DNA of 37,121 nt from a virus. The stretch is from positions 1 through 37,121 of the IMG/VR virus record IMGVR_UViG_3300028627_000020; one strand, given 5' to 3'. How positions within the stretch are numbered: the first letter of the stretch is position 1; each line of letters begins with the position of its first letter. The position numbers and the translations under genes are program-made. Shown one piece after another: positions 9,564 to 19,685 of this stretch. The notes under the pieces were generated by a model. The model searched no databases, was not told where the DNA came from, and worked only from the letters and a program-made list of their open reading frames with translations.

Positions 9564-11285
9564 ATGACAATTGAACAAATTAAGCTAAAACTTGAAGAAT
9601 TTCGAACAATTTTTCTTGGTAAAAATTTTGTTTGGCGAAAAGGACAACAAGATGTAATAATAGAAGTTATTAAGACTTACTTTGATAAATCCAAGAATGT
9701 TGTAATAATAGATGCCCCAGTGGGTAGTGGTAAATCATTAATTGGTATGGCTGTTGCTTGGATTCTTAACGAACAAAAGCTTAAAGGATACATTCTTGCA
9801 TCTGATTTATCTCTTCAAGAACAATATGAAAAAGATTTTGATCGTTTTAATTTACACTGGGGTTCAATAAAAGGTGTGGATAATTATCTCTGCATTGACA
9901 ATATGGAAAAAAATTCCTTAGGAACTTGTAGAATTCGAAATAAACCCCCACGCACTATGCCTTGTTATGATTCATGTCCCTATTTTGTGGTTAGAGATTT
10001 AGCCTCAAAATCGCCTACAGCATTATTAAATTATGCATATTGGTTGATCATGCAAAATTATGTTAATAAAACTATTGATGAGCCTTTATTTCCGCCAAGA
10101 CATTTTACGATATGTGATGAAGGGCATAAAATTCTTGACATAATTCAAAACCATTATTCCCCAAGATTTGATCCTAAAACAACTGAAAAACTTGAGAAAT
10201 TAACCGAATTTTTTGCAGTTTTTAAAGTTAAAGATCATTATATAGATTATAGAAATATTCAACGATGTATTGAAAAATTATTTAAAACAGAAAATCAAGA
10301 TAAACTTCACGAGATACTTTTAGAAATAGAAGAATCATTTGAAGAATATCTTCCATCCATAGAAACATTAAAGACAAAGGTTAATGATGATTATCCTGAT
10401 ACTGATCCTCCAAAGGAATGGAGAGAAGCCCTTTGGTTATCAGACTGGTTAAAAGATTTGCATTGTAAAGTTGAAGACTTTAATGAAATTATAGACAAAA
10501 CTTCAGTAAGAAATATTGTTAAAAACCCTACAGGTGAAAATGAATTAACATTTAATTGTCTTCAGGAATCTTATATGATGCATAAGTATTTTCACCAATG
10601 GACGGGTTTTACAATTTTAATGAGTGCTACATTTGCAGACCCTACAAAATATTTAAAAAGCATTGCGCTTAAAGATGCTAAGTATATAAAAATGGAATCG
10701 ACTTTTGACTTCTCAAAATCACCAATATATTTTTATAATCAAAGAAGAATGACTTATAATCAAATAGACGAAAATCTTCCTTGGTTATTCAGTAAAATAA
10801 ATGAAATTCTTGAACATCATCATAATCAAAATGGTGTTATACATACTGCATCTTATGACTTAGCGCTTAAAATATTTGTAGGACTCAGTAATAAAAATAA
10901 GAAAAGAATACTTGTGTATAATGGTTCTGAAGAAAAAAGGCAAGTACTTGAAATATTAAAAAGAAATAAAAATAAAGTAATAATGGGTCCATCATTACTT
11001 GAGGGATTAGATTTAAAAGATGATTGGTCTCGTTTTCAAATATTTGCTAAAGTTCCTTATTTATCTTTAAGCGATAAATTTGTTGCTACAAAACTTAAAA
11101 TTGATCCCGATTGGTACCGGTGGAAAGCGATAATTAACGTACTCCAGGGCAGCGGTCGTTCTGTAAGAAGTGAAACAGATTGGGCTATTACATATATGCT
11201 TGATGGTGCATTAGCAGATTTAATTCATAATAATAGAAAAGCCTTTCCTCCCGAATTCATGAAAAGAATAGTGGTTGTTGAATAG
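9564..11285 (+). CDS. DinG/XPD-family SF2 helicase with Fe-S cysteines
   Basis: Q motif (KGQQDVI), DAPVGSGKS, KGVDNYLC...TC...PCYDSCPY, ICDEGH, MSAT, EGLD and QGSGRSVRS. Confidence 0.88.
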   Translation: MTIEQIKLKLEEFRTIFLGKNFVWRKGQQDVIIEVIKTYFDKSKNVVIIDAPVGSGKSLIGMAVAWILNEQKLKGYILASDLSLQEQYEKDFDRFNLHWGSIKGVDNYLCIDNMEKNSLGTCRIRNKPPRTMPCYDSCPYFVVRDLASKSPTALLNYAYWLIMQNYVNKTIDEPLFPPRHFTICDEGHKILDIIQNHYSPRFDPKTTEKLEKLTEFFAVFKVKDHYIDYRNIQRCIEKLFKTENQDKLHEILLEIEESFEEYLPSIETLKTKVNDDYPDTDPPKEWREALWLSDWLKDLHCKVEDFNEIIDKTSVRNIVKNPTGENELTFNCLQESYMMHKYFHQWTGFTILMSATFADPTKYLKSIALKDAKYIKMESTFDFSKSPIYFYNQRRMTYNQIDENLPWLFSKINEILEHHHNQNGVIHTASYDLALKIFVGLSNKNKKRILVYNGSEEKRQVLEILKRNKNKVIMGPSLLEGLDLKDDWSRFQIFAKVPYLSLSDKFVATKLKIDPDWYRWKAIINVLQGSGRSVRSETDWAITYMLDGALADLIHNNRKAFPPEFMKRIVVVE

Positions 11286-11320
11286 TAATGAATAAATAAA
11301 ATAAACGCTAAAATAAATTC

Positions 11321-12676
11321 ATGGCATTACATAACAGATATAATAACGAAAATATACTTGTTCGTGCAGTTATTGCCGGATTGCTTAATATTCTTAATAA
11401 CAAGATTACATATGAACAAGTGTGGTCTAATGAAGATATTGAAACAGTAGAAGTTCCATGGTATTATAACATGTCAGGCGATGAAAGATTCATGCAAGAT
11501 TTTTATACACATTATGGAGATTGTATAGCCCCTAAACCCGCAGATGGAAATTTTGACATGATACCTCGAGGTGTAATCACTTATACTGGTTCTGAGATTG
11601 ATTCTGCTCGAACAACTTCTCGTTATGTTCAGGCAAATTTCCTTAAAGAAGTTAATGGACAATTACAATCTTTTAGGGCATTTCTTTATCTTATCCCTCT
11701 TAACGTAAATTTTGATTGTGAGATTTGGCTAGATACGCAAATAACCGGATTAAAAGTCGAACAAATGATAAGAGAGGTTTTCTACAAAACTATCACATTT
11801 TATATTTTCTATAAAGGACTAAGAATGGGTTGTTCAGTAGGATTCCCAGAAAGTGTTACACTTGAGAAAAATATTAATTATTCGTTTGAACAAGATAACA
11901 AAATAAAACTTACATTTAATTTACAAGTTGAAGCCTATCAACCGGTGTTTGACAACACAACTGAAGTTGAAGCAGATTCTTACATGAAAGGAATTGGATA
12001 CAGATTAGTAGATAAAAAAGACTTAGATAATGATGGCGAAATAATTATTACTACAGATTACAACAATAAGATTGTTCCTAAAGGCATACCACTTGTAATT
12101 GAATGGGACTATAAACAAGAGAATGCTGTCATTAATAGAGTAGATGTTGCATGGACTTTAACAACGGACAATGTAAAAACCAATATCGAAAAGGGTGTAA
12201 TTAATCATGAATATTATGTCTGGAATATCCCTGATACATTTACAAGTTTTAAGCCTCCTCAAATAATATGGGACACGGAATCAGCAGTTAAAGCATATAG
12301 AGAACCTGTAATTAGAATAGCGCCTAATATATCTACAGGAGAAATTGATACTTTATCATTTTATGTTGTTGATAGTGGCTATTTTGTATCTCCAATGGCA
12401 GATACTTCTATAAATGCTATATTAGAAATGAGAGACACGAATAACAGAGTTGTGTATTCAGGAGATGCATCATTATATTTTAATATTGTTGATTACCAGA
12501 TAGATGAAAATGATCCTGTTACGTTACCTTATGGGAACATTATTTATCCGGGGAATATTGATTACAAGACAATTAACTTATATGTAATTAATTCAGTAGT
12601 GGGGCATAGCGTATCATTATCCCCTTCTGATAATACGCAACCTTACGGGGTTATAACGAATTTAACTATTGTATAA
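11321..12676 (+). CDS. Tail terminator / sheath stabiliser (T4 gp15-like) with C-terminal extension
   Basis: The N-terminal ~215 aa parallel gp15 landmarks (VPWYY, PRG, PLNVNFDCEIW..KVEQMIREVF, LTFNLQVEAYQP). The remaining ~235 aa are beta-rich. Confidence 0.6.
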   Translation: MALHNRYNNENILVRAVIAGLLNILNNKITYEQVWSNEDIETVEVPWYYNMSGDERFMQDFYTHYGDCIAPKPADGNFDMIPRGVITYTGSEIDSARTTSRYVQANFLKEVNGQLQSFRAFLYLIPLNVNFDCEIWLDTQITGLKVEQMIREVFYKTITFYIFYKGLRMGCSVGFPESVTLEKNINYSFEQDNKIKLTFNLQVEAYQPVFDNTTEVEADSYMKGIGYRLVDKKDLDNDGEIIITTDYNNKIVPKGIPLVIEWDYKQENAVINRVDVAWTLTTDNVKTNIEKGVINHEYYVWNIPDTFTSFKPPQIIWDTESAVKAYREPVIRIAPNISTGEIDTLSFYVVDSGYFVSPMADTSINAILEMRDTNNRVVYSGDASLYFNIVDYQIDENDPVTLPYGNIIYPGNIDYKTINLYVINSVVGHSVSLSPSDNTQPYGVITNLTIV

Positions 12677-12705
12677 GATTTGGATAAAATTTTCGAAAAT
12701 ATTAA

Positions 12706-12720
12706 AATATATAAATAAAA
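12706..12720 (+). promoter_or_regulatory. Putative late promoter
   Basis: AATATATAAATAAAA contains the exact T4 late consensus TATAAATA. Confidence 0.55.
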
Positions 12721-12752
12721 TTAATATCATTAAATCAAATAATTATGTGGCT

Positions 12753-14828
12753 ATGATAGCAAAAATTAATGAATTAAAGACAAAAACGTCTATAAATGAA
12801 GTTAAAACATTATGCGAAACAGCAATTAGCGCAATTAGTTCCGCAATTTATAATGGAGTTACATTTGACGCTCAACATGAAATTGAAAGAGTTGCATTAT
12901 ATAACCTATTTGAAGGATTAAATAAATATGCTTCCAATTCTTATATTAAAGAATGGGTTGATAACCAAAAACGAATATATAGTGTTAAAAATTTAGGCGT
13001 TAGAACTGCAGTAAATAGATTAATCGAAAATGAATCTCGTTTTGACCCAACATTATCAATAGTTCTTGAAAATTTTCGAAATAAGGTTGAACAAAATATA
13101 CCGGAAGTTCTTCTTTATGAAGAATTTATTTCTGCATTATCGGGCTTTAATTACTTACCAGCAGTTAACACAGAATTAAATGCTGTTGCTAGCCGTGTTG
13201 ATCAGTATAAGAATGATGTTGATATTTCAAAGATAATTGCTACTATGGCAGAAACAAGAAGCAGTTATTTACTTCCTGTTATTGAGGATGTAGTTGAAAA
13301 CTATCTTAATAAGAAAACTGAACAAAATAAGAGTTCTCTTAAAGAAACTCTTATTAAATTTAGTTATGATCCTTTTATTAGAGACATTTTAAACATTGTA
13401 ACTCTTGATGCTACACAGCTACAATTAGAATATAATAACGCACAGTGTGATATTGATGATAAACTTTTTTCACCTATTCTTTATTTAGGTGAAAATGAAG
13501 CTCTTTTTAATGTTCGTGGTTCTTACTATGTTAAAAAAGGAAACAATGTGCACAAGATTAAAAACGCTGATGTAAATAAACTTGATGAATCTTTCAGAGC
13601 ACTTTGTGATATTATTAATCTTCCAAACGTAGAAATTTCTAAAAAAGACATTAAAGTTTATATTGGCAATAGAGAAGCAGAATTAACTGAGAATAAAACT
13701 ATAATCGACGGGCAAGAATTTTCAGCTAAACAAATAAATGAATCTGTTAAAGTTGCCGAATGGACAGGCGATGTTGAATTCTTTAAGATGATAAATTTAC
13801 TTAGAGAAAATTTTGATGAAATTGCAGAACTTGATTTTGTTAAAAGAGTTTATCTTAAAGAAAATGCAAATCATGCTGCTGACATATTCAAATTAAGAGA
13901 TAACATTTTTATCACCACATTTGATCCTGTTAATGATAAGACAACATTCTATCGTAATATTAATCCTATTCAGGCTGAAAAGATCATGATGGAACATATG
14001 AGATATGATGTTTCTAAGACGTTTGAAGATATTCTTCCTAACAAAGAAAAAATATTGAATGAAATCAATGAAACCAAACAAGAATACAATAATTATATTT
14101 CTGAGTTACGAGGAAAGATAGATTTATTTTCAACGTATGGTCCTGAACATTTTGTTGCATCAGAAGTAATTAAATCACTTCAAGAAGAATTAACAGAAGT
14201 TAAAGAAGAATATAAAAAATATCTTAATGAAATAGAATCATTTACAAGCGTAACTGAAAATTTAAACATAACTGTTCAAGATGACCAAACAGGAAAATCA
14301 TATACAGTTGTAGTTCCTACAGGTGCTATGGCAGCTAAAGGTTCTGGAACTCAAAATGAACCTGGAACTGATGCTGAAGGGGATGAATTCGGGACTACAG
14401 TAGGAAAATCAAGTATAACTGATCCTGTTGCAGGAGGTCCAGCTTCTACGGTTACATTTGATGATGATCAAACTGAATTACTAAGTGACATGCCTTCATC
14501 CGAAGAAGACAAAGTAGATCTTGATGCAGATGAATTGGAGGCTTATGCTGATAAAGTTGATGCTGAAGCTGAACTTGAAAAACCCGAAATGCCTAAAGGT
14601 GAGGAAGAATTCGGAGATGAAGAAGGAACTACAGAATTAGAACTTGATAATGAAACTGAAGAAGAAATTCCAGCTGAAGATGAAGAAGATAAGAAAGAAG
14701 AAACTGTAGGCGCACCTAATAAAAACTTAGAAAGAACAGCTTTTGATAAAGACAAGAATCCTAATGATTTAAATGAGCCTAAAAAAGTTAAAAAAGTATT
14801 TCTTAAGAGACCCAAACAAACAAAATAA
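12753..14828 (+). CDS. Large hypothetical protein, possibly head-associated
   Basis: Likely start ATG 12753 (MIAKINE), downstream of the promoter motif. Helical body, coiled coil and very acidic C-terminal tail. Confidence 0.7.
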   Translation: MIAKINELKTKTSINEVKTLCETAISAISSAIYNGVTFDAQHEIERVALYNLFEGLNKYASNSYIKEWVDNQKRIYSVKNLGVRTAVNRLIENESRFDPTLSIVLENFRNKVEQNIPEVLLYEEFISALSGFNYLPAVNTELNAVASRVDQYKNDVDISKIIATMAETRSSYLLPVIEDVVENYLNKKTEQNKSSLKETLIKFSYDPFIRDILNIVTLDATQLQLEYNNAQCDIDDKLFSPILYLGENEALFNVRGSYYVKKGNNVHKIKNADVNKLDESFRALCDIINLPNVEISKKDIKVYIGNREAELTENKTIIDGQEFSAKQINESVKVAEWTGDVEFFKMINLLRENFDEIAELDFVKRVYLKENANHAADIFKLRDNIFITTFDPVNDKTTFYRNINPIQAEKIMMEHMRYDVSKTFEDILPNKEKILNEINETKQEYNNYISELRGKIDLFSTYGPEHFVASEVIKSLQEELTEVKEEYKKYLNEIESFTSVTENLNITVQDDQTGKSYTVVVPTGAMAAKGSGTQNEPGTDAEGDEFGTTVGKSSITDPVAGGPASTVTFDDDQTELLSDMPSSEEDKVDLDADELEAYADKVDAEAELEKPEMPKGEEEFGDEEGTTELELDNETEEEIPAEDEEDKKEETVGAPNKNLERTAFDKDKNPNDLNEPKKVKKVFLKRPKQTK

Positions 14829-14847
14829 AAACTAAATCTTTACCGTT

Positions 14848-15609
14848 ATGTTAAAATTTAATAAACAAGAAATATACCTTATATTTGAAGGACTTAAGTG
14901 TTTAATGAATACTAAAAAATATTCACATAAAGATATAATGCCTCTAGTAAATAAAATGCTTGAAACCGGAAAAATTGATACTTCTCGACAAGATGCATTC
15001 AAAATTCCCGAATCAGTTAATGAAGAGCTACAATTACATGACAAAGTTAAATATGATAAGCAAACCGGGTTTATTACAGGAGAAATAAACGGAAAATTTA
15101 TTGTAATGATTCAGGGAAGAACCTACCTCGTAGATCCCAAAGAACTTAAGGAATATTCACCTAAGCCCGAAATAACAACTAAACCTCATATGAAATTTGA
15201 TGAAGAAACACAAAAACTTCTCTTTGAACAGTATGTTAAATGCGGAATTCATCAGGGCAACATTCCAGTAAAAACAAACAGATGCTTTGTTAGATATGAT
15301 CAATGGGAAAATGCAAGAGAAGATCAGCAAGTAAGAGTAAGCGTTGAAGGCATAGTTACATACGTGCCTAAAAATAAAATCGTAATATATGAAAATGTTA
15401 ACGATTTTGCTAATCCTGAAAATTATGTTCCTGGGGTATTGATTGATCAAGTTACAGAAGAAGCTACACAAAATATTTTAGTTAATGTTATTGACTATAC
15501 ATCTGCGTTAGGTGATGCTGATAGTATAAGAATAATCATACAAAATGATATGGGAGAGCAAGAATTTCAAACTGCTCCTAAATCAATGGTAAGAACGTTA
15601 TCAATTTAA
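14848..15609 (+). CDS. Hypothetical protein
   Basis: 253 aa ORF in the late operon. Confidence 0.75.
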   Translation: MLKFNKQEIYLIFEGLKCLMNTKKYSHKDIMPLVNKMLETGKIDTSRQDAFKIPESVNEELQLHDKVKYDKQTGFITGEINGKFIVMIQGRTYLVDPKELKEYSPKPEITTKPHMKFDEETQKLLFEQYVKCGIHQGNIPVKTNRCFVRYDQWENAREDQQVRVSVEGIVTYVPKNKIVIYENVNDFANPENYVPGVLIDQVTEEATQNILVNVIDYTSALGDADSIRIIIQNDMGEQEFQTAPKSMVRTLSI

Positions 15610-15613
15610 AATT

Positions 15614-16096
15614 ATGGCAACAAAGAAAAATATCACACCTACGTCATCGCCAGGGTTTTTAAAACCTATAAAATCGCTTTTAGATAATATTAAAAACGTA
15701 TGGGGATATTTTATGACTGTTGTTGCAATAGGAACATTTGTTTGGACATTAGGAGTTAAATCTGAAAGAAAAAGCGTAGATACTGCTAATCTTAAAAATG
15801 CTGTAGAATCATTAAAAGAAAACAGCAAAAAAATAGATACGTTAATTATTATAATTAATGATATTAAAAGTTCTCAGGCAAATTTAGTTGAAGGACAAAA
15901 TTCTTTACGGGATTCATATGTAAAATATTTGGTTAATGATCCAAAATTAACTAAAAAAGATTTTATGGAATACATGCAAGGGCTTGAATTTCAAATTGAG
16001 ATGCCAAATATTCCCGAGATTACAAAATCGACTAACGATACAATAGAATATAAGCCAAAGATTACAGTTAAAAAGGCTGGTTCTAATATAAAATAA
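15614..16096 (+). CDS. Hypothetical single-TM coiled-coil protein
   Basis: VWGYFMTVVAIGTFVWTLGV hydrophobic segment followed by a heptad region. Confidence 0.7.
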   Translation: MATKKNITPTSSPGFLKPIKSLLDNIKNVWGYFMTVVAIGTFVWTLGVKSERKSVDTANLKNAVESLKENSKKIDTLIIIINDIKSSQANLVEGQNSLRDSYVKYLVNDPKLTKKDFMEYMQGLEFQIEMPNIPEITKSTNDTIEYKPKITVKKAGSNIK

Positions 16097-16117
16097 TCAG
16101 TTAAGTTCACAAAAATT

Positions 16118-16146
16118 AAAAGCGTGTTAAAACTTATCACGCTTTT
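16118..16146. terminator. Hairpin, possible bidirectional terminator
   Basis: AAAAGCGTG-N11-CACGCTTTT. Confidence 0.55.
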
Positions 16147-16182
16147 GTTATATAAATTAAAAATTATATAAATTTTAACTTT

Positions 16183-16536
16183 ATGGCAACAAATCATTAT
16201 GTTAAAAACTCTGAATTACGGGAAGAAATAATACGATGTAAAAAGAATGATGTTTTATCAGAAGAAGCTATTAACATGTTTATAATCCTTGCTAAAAAAT
16301 ACTCCAATAAATATCAATATATGTATGAAGAAGATAGAGAAGATTGCATTTCATTTGCAGTTATGGACTGTTATCTTTATTGGAGAGGTTATGATCCTGA
16401 AAGATCACAAAATGCATTTGCCTATTACACTCAAATAGTCAAAAATGGATTCGCTAAAGGTTGGCGTAGATTATACGGGAATTTACCTAAATCACGTAAA
16501 ATATCTCTTTCAACTAACAATATATATAACATATAA
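16183..16536 (+). CDS. 55: T4 gp55-like late sigma factor (short)
   Basis: HYVKNSEL (cf. gp55 NYVNNKEL) and YDPERSQNAFAYYTQIVKNGF (cf. gp55 region 2 FD..K..N..AY.TQ). Confidence 0.8.
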   Translation: MATNHYVKNSELREEIIRCKKNDVLSEEAINMFIILAKKYSNKYQYMYEEDREDCISFAVMDCYLYWRGYDPERSQNAFAYYTQIVKNGFAKGWRRLYGNLPKSRKISLSTNNIYNI

Positions 16537-17127
16537 ATGGCTTTTAATGAATCATATAAGCATTGGCATAAACCGGATATGTCTCCTAATGCTAAAACAC
16601 AACAAGGATATTATAAGCTTCAAAACCCGCAAAAATATCTGGGCAATCCATCTCTTGTAATATATCGTTCTTCTTGGGAACATTCGTTTTGCCGTTGGTG
16701 TGATTTTTCTCCTTCTGTTTTACGTTGGAGTTCAGAACCCATAAGAATTCCATATTATGATAGAATCTCCAAACTTGAGGAATGTAAAAAACAAGGCTTA
16801 GATCCTAACAATCCAAAAAATTGGGTTGTTAAATATTATAATACAGATTATTGGATTGAAGTTGATAAAGGCGATGGTGAAATACAGAGAATGTTTATTG
16901 AAATAAAACCTTCAGGAAAATTAAAAAAACCTATCCCACCAAATGCAAATGCACCTCTTAAAGAAATTAGAAAATTTAACAACGATGCTAAAGAATACTT
17001 GATAAATGAAGCTAAATGGGCTGCAATGAATGCATGGGCAGAAAAAAGTAATGCTAAATTTTATGTCTTTACAGAGCATACGTTAGAAAAACTTATAGGT
17101 CGATTTTGGCCAGCGAATAACAGATAA
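16537..17127 (+). CDS. 4: Head completion nuclease (T4 gp4-like)
   Basis: NPQKYLGNP..IYRSSWE, WSSEPIRIPY, DYWIE, IEIKP, NEAKWAA and KFYVFTE. Confidence 0.88.
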   Translation: MAFNESYKHWHKPDMSPNAKTQQGYYKLQNPQKYLGNPSLVIYRSSWEHSFCRWCDFSPSVLRWSSEPIRIPYYDRISKLEECKKQGLDPNNPKNWVVKYYNTDYWIEVDKGDGEIQRMFIEIKPSGKLKKPIPPNANAPLKEIRKFNNDAKEYLINEAKWAAMNAWAEKSNAKFYVFTEHTLEKLIGRFWPANNR

Positions 17128-17831
17128 TGAAATCGCCTAAAGAATTACATGAAATATATAAGCGAATCGATGATATCGAAAAAGTTGCTTATGAAAGATT
17201 AATAGAAAATTACTTACGACTTGAATTAAAGGGTGATCATAAATTAATTGATATAGACTCAACTGATCAAGAATCTTTAATAGCTCGTGCTAATCGTGGG
17301 TTGCCTATCCCAGGAATGATTTATATTTTTATCAATGTTGATGAAAATAATCTAGTTGAATTAGAAAATTTTAAAACAGGAAAACAAGTTACTTTTCATG
17401 ATTTTACTCCAATAGTTTTTTGCACTTCTTTTAACCCGACAACAAAGTTAATTAAAGGCATTAACATGAATATTTTGCCACCTTCAGAAAGATTAAAGTT
17501 TCTTCAAGTGTATTATGAATATTATAAAAACTTTTTTCAAAAAATAGAAGAAAAAACTCAAAACAATAAATTAGCTGTTAATTATACATATATTATGGCT
17601 ACAATACTTGGTAAGAATCCTCAACTTTTTGAGATATTTAATAAAAAATATAACACTTTATTCGAGTTTGGTTATCGATCATACTATTTAAGAAATGTAA
17701 GAAAATTTAGAATGATTGAATACGAGGAATGGAAATATATCCCGTTCTTAACACCTTCTTATGCGTTTAAAAGAATTAATTTAGAAATACTTTATCAAAT
17801 GTATTGGGACAATCGAAATAACAAAGAATAA
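17127..17831 (+). CDS. 2: DNA end protector protein (T4 gp2-like)
   Basis: PGMIYIF, DFTPIVF, GINMNILPPSERLKFL and RSYY...EEW; adjacent to gp4. Confidence 0.7.
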   Translation: MKSPKELHEIYKRIDDIEKVAYERLIENYLRLELKGDHKLIDIDSTDQESLIARANRGLPIPGMIYIFINVDENNLVELENFKTGKQVTFHDFTPIVFCTSFNPTTKLIKGINMNILPPSERLKFLQVYYEYYKNFFQKIEEKTQNNKLAVNYTYIMATILGKNPQLFEIFNKKYNTLFEFGYRSYYLRNVRKFRMIEYEEWKYIPFLTPSYAFKRINLEILYQMYWDNRNNKE

Positions 17832-17853
17832 AAACCATAATTATATTGTTAAA

Positions 17854-17869
17854 TATAAATATATAAATA
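17854..17869 (+). promoter_or_regulatory. Tandem late promoter consensus
   Basis: TATAAATA TATAAATA, 16 nt upstream of the portal GTG. Confidence 0.6.
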
Positions 17870-17885
17870 AATAAAAGTAATTATT

Positions 17886-19649
17886 GTGGCTGGAATATTT
17901 TCATTACGCAATTTAGATAGAGGCTCCCGAGGATTTTTAGATAATTTACAAAGAAATATTCGTTATCTTTCTGTGCTAGGAATGAAATGGGATCAAAATC
18001 TCATTAAACAATCCAAGTCTATCGGAATATCTGAAATTCAAGAAGATTCAATGTATAGCCTATATGGTCAACCTCAAATGGCCGCAGGCAGAGATATTGG
18101 ACAAACAGAATTTATTGCTTTTTATGACAAAGAATATCCGACAAGAAGAGACTTCTTAAGAAGATTTGCAATGAATGGTGAAATAGAATACGTTTTAGAT
18201 GTTATTGCCGATGAAACTATTATCCAAGATGATGCTAACTTTTTTGCATATCCAAATACGCAAAAGCTTAAATCTGTTTTAAAAGCTGAAAAGGCTAAAG
18301 AAATTGTAGATGATTTAAATGAATCATTTAAAAGAGTTTATTATGCATTTGGATTTAATCAAGGACATGCTGCTTGGCACTATTGTAAAAAATTTCTTAT
18401 TGACGGATTTCTTGCCTTTGAAATAATTTATGACGGAGAAGGAGATGAAGATGCAAAAAACATTTTAGGATTTAAAGAATTAGATCCCGTTACATTAGAA
18501 CCTGAATTACGAATAGATGAAGAAGAAAATGAATATCGGGTTTGGGTTCAATTCAGAGGAGACGCAAAAAGACAAAGAGAATTAGTTGATGGTAATGTAA
18601 TTTATATCTCATGGGCACGAAATAATTTTATTTCAAGATTATCTTACGTAGAAAGATTGGTTAGATCTTTTAACATGCTAAGAACAATGGAAAATTCCCG
18701 TATTATATGGAACATTATTAATTCACAACACAGAATGAAAATAGTTGTTCCTATAGGTACACAATCTGAAGTTAAAGCTCGTACAAGATTATCAGAACTT
18801 AGAGGAATATATAAAGAAGATGTTAACATCGATTATGATAGCGGTGAAATAACTATAAATGGACAACCTAACTTTTCATTTGCAAAACAATATATTATTC
18901 CTTCTAAAGAAGGAAGCCAAACTGAAATAGATTCTTTTGCCCCAGCGGGATATGATCTTTCAGATACAAATGCGTTGGGGTATTTCTGGAAACGGTTTAT
19001 CATTGAAACGAAAATTCCAAAGGATAGGTTTTCTTCTATAAGTGGTGAAGATGCAACATCAGCATGGAATTCCGGAGGAGATAGTATTGCAAGAGAGGAA
19101 ATACGTTTCAATTATTTTATTAATAGAATTCGTACAATTTTACAGGAAATATTACACAAACCGATGTGGATTCAATTTTGTTTGAAACATCCCGAATTTG
19201 CAAAAGATAAAGCCTTGAAAGGCGCAATAGGCATTCAATTTATTGAAGAAAACTTATTTACTGAAGCTAAGAAAAGAGATATAATTTCAAAAGGCGCAGA
19301 TATAGTTGAAAAGCTTATGAACATTAGACAGCCTGAAGTAGATGATGAAGGAAAAATTACAATGGATGGAATGTACTTTGATCCAAAATTCTTAGTTGAG
19401 AAATATATGAACTTTACAGAAGAAGATCTTAAACTTAATGCAAAATACAAAAAGGAAAGAAGAGAACAACTTTCTCGTATTGCAGATGCAGTTAAAAGAT
19501 TAAATAAAAGCGATGAAGGCGAAAGTGGTGGTGGCTTTGGAGGAGGTTCTGATTTTGGAGGAGGCCCAGACATGGATCTTGGAGGAGGAGCTCCTGAAGA
19601 ACCAGGAATGGAAGAAATGCCTGATGCAGATAGCGACTTAGGAATTTAA
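17886..19649 (+). CDS. 20: Portal protein (T4 gp20-like)
   Basis: EIEYVLDVIADETI, FLIDG, SYVERLVRSFNMLRTMENSRIIW, QYIIPSKEGSQTEIDS and IPKDRF parallel gp20 motifs. Gly/acidic C-tail. Confidence 0.85.
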   Translation: MAGIFSLRNLDRGSRGFLDNLQRNIRYLSVLGMKWDQNLIKQSKSIGISEIQEDSMYSLYGQPQMAAGRDIGQTEFIAFYDKEYPTRRDFLRRFAMNGEIEYVLDVIADETIIQDDANFFAYPNTQKLKSVLKAEKAKEIVDDLNESFKRVYYAFGFNQGHAAWHYCKKFLIDGFLAFEIIYDGEGDEDAKNILGFKELDPVTLEPELRIDEEENEYRVWVQFRGDAKRQRELVDGNVIYISWARNNFISRLSYVERLVRSFNMLRTMENSRIIWNIINSQHRMKIVVPIGTQSEVKARTRLSELRGIYKEDVNIDYDSGEITINGQPNFSFAKQYIIPSKEGSQTEIDSFAPAGYDLSDTNALGYFWKRFIIETKIPKDRFSSISGEDATSAWNSGGDSIAREEIRFNYFINRIRTILQEILHKPMWIQFCLKHPEFAKDKALKGAIGIQFIEENLFTEAKKRDIISKGADIVEKLMNIRQPEVDDEGKITMDGMYFDPKFLVEKYMNFTEEDLKLNAKYKKERREQLSRIADAVKRLNKSDEGESGGGFGGGSDFGGGPDMDLGGGAPEEPGMEEMPDADSDLGI

Positions 19650-19685
19650 TTTTATGTTTAACTTAAATAAATCAAAACAAACACT

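Noticed and set aside
15614-16096. Holin or spanin assignment for TM/coiled-coil ORFs (also 27527-27883)
   Set aside because: Topology is compatible, but there is no endolysin or clear i-/o-spanin pair in the window, so these are left as hypothetical.
539-19573. Short antisense and alternate-frame ORFs in the track (e.g. 539-721, 2089-2292, 7368-7583, 14543-14815, 18833-19111, 19235-19573)
   Set aside because: They lie wholly inside well-supported genes, have no start context or motifs, and mirror low-complexity codon patterns.
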